Assembly: GCA_965637545.1 (NCBI GenBank)
Contig: OZ281494.1
Location: 3,348,001-3,412,000, forward strand
Source of the DNA: Phallusia mammillata
Taxonomy: Eukaryota
Direction: 5' to 3'
Length of the DNA stretch: 64,000 nt
Made by a program: the position numbers and the translations under genes. Shown here piece by piece: positions 51,401 through 60,200 of the stretch. Under the pieces are notes generated by a model, which worked only from the letters and a program-made list of their open reading frames with translations, ran no database searches and was not told where the DNA came from. Within the stretch, counting starts at the first letter, position 1. Every line of letters begins with the position of its first letter.

Positions 51401-54400
51401 TATATTTTTTTTTTACAACTGGGGTGCGTTTGAAAGCTTATGCATATTAGCTTCAATTTATTCGAAAAAAATGATATGTTAGTATTTGAAAAAAATTAAT
51501 TACACTAAGTAGAAAGTCAAAATTCAGAAAAAAACAAGTTTTTTCCTAATTTTTGTTTTACAGCCATTTTTTATTATTTTACGCTTGGTTGATTCACAGA
51601 CAGCTGTTTGGAGTTGATTTCAGGGCTTTGCGCGCATGCTGCGGCTATCTTTGTTTACAATTTGATATGTGTTCAGCTGAATTGGGCTTGGAAGTGGGTA
51701 GTTGGGGGCAGTGAATTTGCCTTGATTTGCTTGAATATACTGCTGTATCAGTCAGTTTAGCTTTACTATTCGTGGTGACAGCAGTTATTTATCAAGAAAA
51801 CAACTGTTGTGGAAGCATTTTTTTGACTTAGAAAGTTTGTGGTTGCTGACCAATATTTTGATTATATCTGGCCCTCAACTGCATTTACATTGTCAAATGG
51901 TGGGAGGATTTGGCCTCATAAATGGACAACAAATACAGAAGAATCAGTGCAAAGTACCTTGGGAATGCTTGGAATTGTGTTTTTTCTGCTAACTTCTGTG
52001 AACTGTGTTTCAAACTTACACATGTTGTGGTGTAATGATACATAATAAACATCCCATGTACAAACACTTGTAAATGAATTATGTGTGTACAGATATTTAG
52101 TAAACGTTTATAAGTCCGTAAATTGTCAAGATTGCCAAAAATTATGATTGAAAACAAGTTTCATACGCTCAAAAACATTAATTTTATCCATTACTACAGA
52201 AAAATAAGAAACTAAAATTGATCATTATGACGTCATGAGCTAATTAATGACGTCATCGAAAAAAAACACATCAAGTTTTGTAAGGAATTATTTGTAAAAC
52301 AACTTGGAACTAATAATTGTAACGAAAAACACCGCTAAACTGCAATTTTATGGAAAAATAGAATTGAAATGACGTCATTTTGTAAGTGATGACGTCATCG
52401 AAAAATTTTTCATCTTTGAATTGTAGAAAATTTTATACCCAACAACTTTCCCAGAGAAAGTTTTTGCCTATCTTCTATCGATTTTGCATAAAACCCTAAA
52501 GAGCAAGAGCAGGTCTAAACATTAATTTTTGTCAAAAAGAATTCAGCAGTTAAAGGGTTAATGAACTAAATGGTGCTCTTCTAGCACACATATTGGTTTG
52601 CAGAAAAGGCGACCTGAAAGGGACGTTAAAACATAGGCAAAACAATACAACTTACTTGCTAAAAGGACATCATTTAGTTCATTTTATGCCTAGCAGGAAC
52701 AGTTTATTAGCAATCGTAATGTTTACTTGCATGACAGGTTTCGCTGGAGCCACTGTCCCTTATCACAATGAAACATCAGCCTTAATATCAGCCACCAACT
52801 TCTCCTCTTCTTGCAATCTTCACTGCGGATGCAACAGTGACGTATATAATCCTATCTGCGGAGATAATGACGTCACGTATTTCTCTCCCTGTTTCGCAGG
52901 CTGCACCGAGACTATCAACAAAGTAAGAGAAATTTGACATTTTTTTGTAATCTTGACAAAACTGCTTTCCTAGCATGGTTCTGCCGTTTCGAAATGACAT
53001 AAGTAACGTAGAAGCGACCTAATGCTTTACTAAAATGCATTGCTTAGTCTGTTTCTTATCACAATTTTTGTTACAGTTTAGACCAGTTTGATTCAAATTT
53101 ATTAATACATCGTCAAATGATCCTTGTGAATTCAAGAAAAATATATTTCGCCCCTGCGGCATCTTTGCGTTCATTGTAGTCTTGATCCACCAAGCAACAA
53201 GCTGGGAGATTTTAGCTTAAAGTCTTTGGTTTTTCCCGTGATTTTTTCCAAAGAAAAATGAGAAAAATAAATTTTCTTTCTTTCGCATTTTCTTTTGTCA
53301 AGATTGGCTTTTTGCGTTTTCTGGTAATACATATATTTGTAAAATATGTAAATTTTAATTTCAGACTTACTTAAACTGTTCTTGTGTCAGTCTGCTGAAC
53401 CAAACTCACACGTCAGCAAAGCTGGGAATTTGTTTGGCCAAGAATTGTACGAGTCCAGCAGTGTTTCTTGTACTACTTTTTTTGCTCACCGTATCAACTT
53501 TCATTTGTTGGACCCCTAATATACAGGTAAAAGTGAATCCATGCGATTTTTCTTAGTTTTTGTACTTTGAGTCTTCACTTGTATCCAATAAGACAAATAG
53601 TGGTTCTTAACCTTTTGGTAGTTTTCGGGGAAAAAAACGTTTTCGTCTTGATGAAGTCTTGAAAAACTATTGTAAAAACAAAGTCTAGATAAGTTCCCTA
53701 TCCCTATTACAATGACTTTTTTTATTTTATTTTTATTGGGCAACCCCTGACAAATACGGCACATGAAGTGGTTCAGAAAGTCGGATTCAAGTCATTTTTA
53801 AAATATATTTCAATAGTCTTAAATACCTCAGCCTGCATGTAGGAATCTGTCTGCATTCTGTCTGCTGTTGAAATCAAATCACAAGAAGCCATACGACTCA
53901 TAATAAAACGTTTTTGAAGACATGGAATGTTTACACGTTTAACTCAACTCACACAATACAACTCAAAATATGTTTTTTTAAGAATACGAAAGCTTACATG
54001 TTTATAAACTTTTGTTTGCAGATAGTTCTTCGAATAGTTCCTTTTACTCATCGAGATTTCGCGGTTGGCACGCAGGTTAGTTTTGCAATGATGTTTAGCA
54101 ACATTATCAGTTCTTGCTTTGCCTGAAGTTTTGTTATAAATAACTGGCGCATCATATTCGAGGCGCATCATCCTGCTCTTGATCAATTTCAAAACACCGT
54201 CATGGTCATATAGCACAAGAAAGTAAAATATCGTAAAACAAGAACGTTCATTCAGCACGCCTTGTAGCAAATGTTTAATTAGTTTTTGTGGCGTTTGATC
54301 ATGATATTGAATTAGATAACCGTTTTGACTCAATACCGCATTTTATTATTTTATTACAAGTGAAAATGGTTCTTTAAACTGTAATCAGTTTAACAGTATT

Positions 54401-56093
54401 ATTGAACTCGCAAAAAAGATCGGGAAAAAGTTCCTCCAACATTAGAAAACGTTTTTAACGTTATTTCAACTTGGAAAGATAAGTCAGATGCCACAAATAA
54501 TTACGATTTAAAGGAACACCCGGTAAAAATGTACGTAGCCTTCAATTCAATTCTTGTTTAGACCGTGTTTTAAATGAAATCAAATGTTTAATGATAAAGA
54601 TAACGGCCCAAATATATTCTTTATTAGCATCTCGTTTTTTACGTCTATTTGGGCCCTTATCTTTATCATTAAATTATAAACAGATCCGTATAGTGTCCGA
54701 AAATTAAATGTATCTTCCGTTTTTTGTAACGCTGACAAACGAAGTAAATAAAGGTGTAAAATCATAGAAAATATGGCTCGGCATTCTATGTTGCATTTGG
54801 GACAATACTACAAAATAGTGGTTAGAGTTTTAAGTGATATTTTGTGTTCCTTGCTTTTCAGTCGATAATCAACGACGTTTTAGGATCGTTTGCTGCTCCA
54901 ATTATCATGGGTCGCATATTAGACTTGGCCTGTGCGGTTTGGAACACCGAGGACGGCGTAGTTTCCTCGTGCAGGAGATATTTTAACCACCAGATGTCGT
55001 TGTACATATTTGGATTTGTCATTGCACTGAAGGTATGTAATTTAGGGCAGGAACTTGGCCGAACGGTCTAGCGCGCCTGACCCATATACAGACACAAAAA
55101 AAACTGATCGGGATTCGTCCCCGGGAGAGTCCTGGGTTCGAACCCCGTGAAAAAAAAAAAAAAAAAAAAAAAAGGTATGTAATGTAGTGCAGGAACTTGG
55201 CCGAATGGTCTAGAGCGCCTGACCGATATACAGACATAAAAAACCTTAATCGGGATTCGTCCCCGGGAGTGTCCTGGGTTCGAACCCCGTGAAAAAAAAG
55301 GTATGTAAGTTAGGGCAGGACTTTGGCCGAATGGTCTAGAGCGCCTGACCGATATACAGACATAAAAAACCTGATCGGGATTCGTCCCGGGGAGTGTCCT
55401 GGGTACGAACCCCGTTAAAAATAACAACAAAAATAAAAGGTATGTAATTTTGGGCAGGAAAATTACCCGAAAGATCCAGTCCAGGGCGCTTGACATTTAC
55501 ACAGACATAAAATTGATCAGGATTCATTATTGAAAGCTTCTAAGTTCCGAACCCTATCAAAAAACATCTTGGGCGCTAAACCTTAGGATCACAAACATTT
55601 TTCAACCTGCTGCAGCGTTAATTTTACTTGCTCTCGTCAGTGGTGTGAGCTTAACCTAAGTGAAAAGTCTGGCAGCTGGACGCGTACGACCAGATATCTA
55701 CAGATCCTTTTTTTCTGGACCAAAAAGTTTTTCATGTCCATTTTGGAAACAAAATATCCATCAAAGAGTATTCAACGCACAAAATAAACGAACAATTTAT
55801 TACATATTTGTCGCATTCATTTAAAACCTTGACAATATGTGACCTTATGAGGCTGATGGTTATGCATCACTATTAATGTGTAAACATCATAACGTTTTAA
55901 AATAAGAACGTATTATCGAGCTATTGTTAAATTCGTTTTCATATCCAATTCTCGCTTTAATATCAAAATATTTTTTCAGTCCCTAGCAATAATTTCCTAC
56001 ACCATTGGTTTCCTCATCTACAAACAAAGCAAGACAAAGGATAAAGCGGTTGATGATGTTGGGAACACTGAAGACAGCGCGTTCGAAAATTAG
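45467..56093 (+). CDS. SLCO4-like: SLCO/OATP transporter, paralog D (divergent, inverted relative to A-C); complete, 14 exons, 661 aa (652 aa from the second ATG at 45494)
   Basis: Exons: 45467-45591, 46310-46441, 46544-46816, 47116-47231, 47564-47657, 47968-48056, 49046-49181, 49594-49766, 50436-50597, 52738-52922, 53365-53526, 54022-54075, 54862-55032, 55980-56093 (TAG). All introns are GT-AG, the frame is uninterrupted, and exon sizes 132/116/94/89/173/162/54/171 match the paralogs. Confidence 0.93.
46442..46492 (+). repeat. (GTGA)12 microsatellite starting at a splice donor
   Basis: Twelve perfect GTGA units plus GTG begin at the first intron base after SLCO-D exon 2. Confidence 0.97.
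48666..48882. mobile_element. hAT-type MITE (217 bp)
   Basis: TIRs cagtggttctcaaact / agtttgagaaccactg with a perfect 8-bp TSD ttatagac. Confidence 0.93.
49797..49890 (+). mobile_element. Degenerate copy of SINE family 1
   Basis: gcaggaacttgactaaatggtctggcgcgcctgattcatatacaaacataaaaaattcaagcaggattcgtcctcgggagcgtccaggg aligns by eye to the 55048 copy. Confidence 0.75.
51320..52557. mobile_element. piggyBac-type non-autonomous element (1238 bp)
   Basis: TTAA on both sides and TIRs ccctttaactgc / gcagttaaaggg. A Cys-rich coding relic near 51930-52025 (QCKVPWECLELC; FCELCFKLTH in another frame) is reminiscent of the piggyBac C-terminal Cys-rich domain. Confidence 0.88.
54589..54705. mobile_element. 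Internally deleted relative of the 23908 inverted-repeat element
   Basis: taatgataaagataacggcccaaata ... tttttacgtctatttgggcccttatctttatcatta is followed by aacagatccgtata, as at about 24197. Confidence 0.7.
55030..55530 (+). mobile_element. Head-to-tail array of SINE family 1 (three full copies plus one degenerate), each preceded by a copy of the splice-donor sequence
   Basis: Each unit is aaggtatgtaa...gcagga-A box-spacer-B box-ccccgtg-poly(A). GT of the repeated motif lies at 55033 (true donor), 55175, 55301 and 55440. The first copy has a 24-A tail (55150-55173). Confidence 0.9.
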
Positions 56094-57206
56094 CATATGT
56101 TCAGCTGGCATGTGATCGGTTTGCGCACCATGAACGACATAATTATGTGCTAAAGGTCAATCGTTTTTGAGTAACAATTAGAAGGTTGGAACATATATTT
56201 TTGAATATTTTTACGAGAAGTATGTCCACAATCAGTAAATACACAATAAAATACTTTTTAAAGGTAAAACTTAAAACCAGATTTTCGGTCTGTGCAAAAC
56301 AATGATCGTGTGCGAAAAACGCTAACACGCGCCTTGACAGTAAAATACCTTTACCTTGTAAATGTAAGTTAAACCGTTTGCGTTAAAGTTGTGTTTTGTG
56401 GACGAAATGATTATGCATCAACGACGATTACTTGACTTTGGTAGTCACTTTCAAGGTCAAACACCTTCAGGGGTGAAGAATCAAAATATTTATTAAGGGC
56501 CATGTTTAGTGTATGTGGCAATTAAGTCGTTTTCAAACAATTATTTTTTCATTTTTTTTAACCAATGCTTAAGAACTACTACCTTATAACGCAGAGGTTT
56601 TTAATGTTCTCTTGATTCAAAGATAACATATGGTGTAGCTGCAGCGTGGTCAGCCAATATTTACCAATTGTGCTCGACACTTTTTGCGCTCCTTTACGTT
56701 TCAACGTAGCGCAGCTATTTCCGGCTTGGTGACTGTTTAAGTGCAATTATGTTGCTATGTTGTCTTTCACCAACCGAAATGAACCCAACTCAAAATCAAT
56801 CCCAAAGGATCTCTACTTCACTAATTTTGCAAATATAAAGAATGTTTTTAGATAAAAACGTTTTACTTGTTTTTTCGTTTAAAAAATAGTAATAGTATGT
56901 GCTTGTTTTTCTGGGTAAATGTAATTTTTACCCCACGCACTATGTGATTTGCTTATTGTTACCGATTTTATTTGGCGAGTGAGGAGACTTGGTGTGCTCG
57001 TAAAAATATGTTTTCTCCAGCAATTTGTCCTTTATTGCAGAAATTAAAGTGTACGAACCATTTACTGAACAGAAACTTTCGATAAAAAATAAAATGTTTC
57101 CTTCCAATTACAAACACATTACACACAAGCTAGGCTTATTAACACCATTTCTCCTTTGCCTAAAACATTTTCTAACAACCACAGGAAAGATATTTTTGAC
57201 AATTTT

Positions 57207-60200
57207 CTAAATCATGTACGGTTCATCCATAGATCGACATATCATCAAAAGGTCATAGGTCATAGATTCCGTCACTCGAGAGTCGCGCGCGTACTCCGTG
57301 TGTGACGTCACAAACGTTCGGATCCATTGTGCTGTGGTGGGGATTTCCCCTTAAAATAAAAACCCACCAGATGTAACTTATACTAAGAATAAAGTTATTG
57401 ATTTTTGTAAACTTTACCAGAAGCTTTTTTGCTGATGAAATCCAAGTATTGTCGAAGCTTGGTTTGAGCGCTCATTTTGATAGATTTGTTTTTTAAGTAT
57501 TCCTCAATAAGAAAAACGAACCCTGGAAACTGACCGACCTAAACAAATCACTAAGATATCAGTAATAATAATGACAATGCTTTTATATGTCAGAATATGT
57601 CAACACTTCGTATACACGGGATTTAATATGTATTCTATTTGAAAAGTAGAGACTGATGATGTCCACATCTCGTTTTGATTGATATATAGAAGCACAGATG
57701 TTTCGACATTAATAAATCCACAGTTTATCAGCGATTTTTGACATAAGAAGCCGACCATTTAAGGCAAAGATCCTGTACAAAATATAACGTAAAGGGACTA
57801 AAGATAATAAACAAAGAAAAACAACGGTAACACGTCTGAGCTCCACAATCCACAAATAATGTTAAAACCAAAATATAATTTTAATTCAACTAAGAAAACC
57901 TCGTAACACTTTAAAACTTTAACTAAAATAAAACATGGGTTAAACTAAGGTTGATTGTGGCAATTGTGAGCAGCATGGTGAATCTAACTACTGCGCTATG
58001 ATGTAAAATGGCAATGTTACACATAAATTAAAATATTTTATCAACAATTTTGAAACGGGGTCGCAGTCTTGGTTTCAACTTTGACCTACTTTTCCATTTA
58101 TGATTTCGTCAACAGTCATTTCCGGAATGGTTTGCTTAGTTTCCTTGATCTTGCAGCTCTCTGAAGTTGAATTGTTGATTAACAAACGAAGAATTAAGGC
58201 AGAAACACATACTGGTTTACCTGTTTTTGAGTTTAAATTGTGTTTGAAATGAAACTTCTGTGTCAATAGAGCGTTGTTTTGTTGAGCTCTTGTCATGTTT
58301 TCATCCAACTACAAAATGAGAATTATGAAAGCACGCTTAAATTTGATAAAATTTGTTAAAACAGTGAAAAAAGAAAAATAACTTTTAAATAACTTTAACT
58401 TTATGAGAAAAATAGCAGATAGTACGCACAATCTCATTCCAAATTAAATTTGAAAGTTATTGGGTGTTCTAGAGCAGTGGTCGGCAACCGCCTGTCCGCG
58501 GCCCGGTACCGGTCTGCGAGAAGTTCGTTACCGGGCCGTATAACTTTTCAGGTTAATTGCTATAAACCATTTTGCCCATGTATCCCGGGGATGATAAACT
58601 AGTTTAAGAGTTTTTATTGCTACATGTTTGTATTTTTTTGAAGACCGGTCCGCGTTTAATTTTCACTTTCAAAAAAAAAAAAATTTTCACGGTCCGCTAT
58701 GCAAAAAAGGTTGCCGATCCCTGTCCTAGAGAATCTAGACCTCCAACTAAATTATTTTAGTTTTGCACTGTGTTGCAGAAAAGGGCTACTTCGGTAAAGT
58801 TGTTTCCATACATTCCTGTATATTTCCAATTTAAATATCACATTTAAAGTGCTACACAGTTTACATGACCTACCTTTGATATGGGAACCAGAATATCGAG
58901 TTTATTTGCCAGAATTACTCTGCTGAGAAGTATGACAAAGACAACAAAAGCTGCATTCTCAAAGTCGCTCAATTGAGCTTCCATTATCCTGAACTCGACT
59001 CTCCATCCAATATCACTGTCTGGAGGAGGGGGCTTGAAACGAACCGTTTGCCAGTTGGTCGACTGAATGTTCTGCAAAAAATCTACGTTTATGCAAATAT
59101 ACAGAATGACCAAACGTAAACTAAACAAGCAGTCTAATCATTTACAAAAATTTTAAGAGAAGGTCTATGTTATAAATAAAATTTGTCAAGAACAATGGAA
59201 GCCATTTTGACTCAAATTGTTTATTTTTTTTGATTAAATAGTTTACTCTTTATTTAGGCCTGAATGGGTTTTGCATTGCATACAGTTTGTTCAGTGACAG
59301 TAGATTTGAATAGTCTTCGTCTTTATCTTGCAATTCCAAACGTCTTTCGATGTTAAATGTTTCATGTATGTTTGATAATTATGAAAAGTGATCAACTGGT
59401 TATGATTACGTTTGAATAAAAAAGAATAACTACAACGTTTGCAACAGTTGTTGTTGTTTCCTCTTTGTTTCAAAAGTATTATTTCCGACAATGTTAGTTC
59501 TGACCAAGCTCCATTTTAAATCAAGTGTCCCAAAAGTGAAGCACACACCTGAAAATGCTCGTAACCAAGTTGAGGAGTGAAAACAGTTTGACTTCGTTCC
59601 AACGAAAGTAGCTTTCTCACCCACAAGTGTGAAAAGTGGCAACTGATTGTCTTTTCCACCCCTGATGTACACAATACAGTATTAAACTATTAATAGAAGA
59701 CCGTTGGATTGCTCACAAAATCAAGAAATTGGCCAATATACACACAGAGTTTCAACGCTTAATGTACAAACAATGAAGTGTAAAATCGCAAAGAAATGGA
59801 TAAACCCAAAAGAGGCAAGTTCAATGACGTCGTTGTTATTTTTATCAGATGTTCACTGGTTTCCAAAATTTGAGCCCGCGAAAGGGTAAGCGCAAGGAGA
59901 CGCCCAGATTTGCTTAGCGCAGCTCGTGTAACCAGCAAATGTTATATTTCAGCAAACAAAAATGCTTGACACAAATTGGAGAAAATGTCGGAAATATAGT
60001 TTTGCTGCAAAAAAGAGTATTGGTAATTGAATGTTAGTATGTTAATCTGAAAATGCATACACGGACACCCTTTTGCACTTCGCAAGAGCCATTTGAAATC
60101 CCAAACCCGTGGTTGAAAACCAATGCCAAGTTCGCTGTGACAAATGAGAGTATTGTTAATAAGCGAAATGTGGTTCGGTATATTATGCTTGCAGGAAAAA

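Noticed and set aside
55068-55496. 142-aa minus-strand ORF with internal repeats
   Set aside because: It is the antisense translation of the SINE array.
55030-55530. Regular direct repeats resembling a CRISPR array, and tRNA-like sequences
   Set aside because: There are no unique spacers, the units are 126-142 bp with A tails, and the context is eukaryotic. A and B boxes are present, but no acceptor stem can be paired, so these are SINEs and not tRNA genes.
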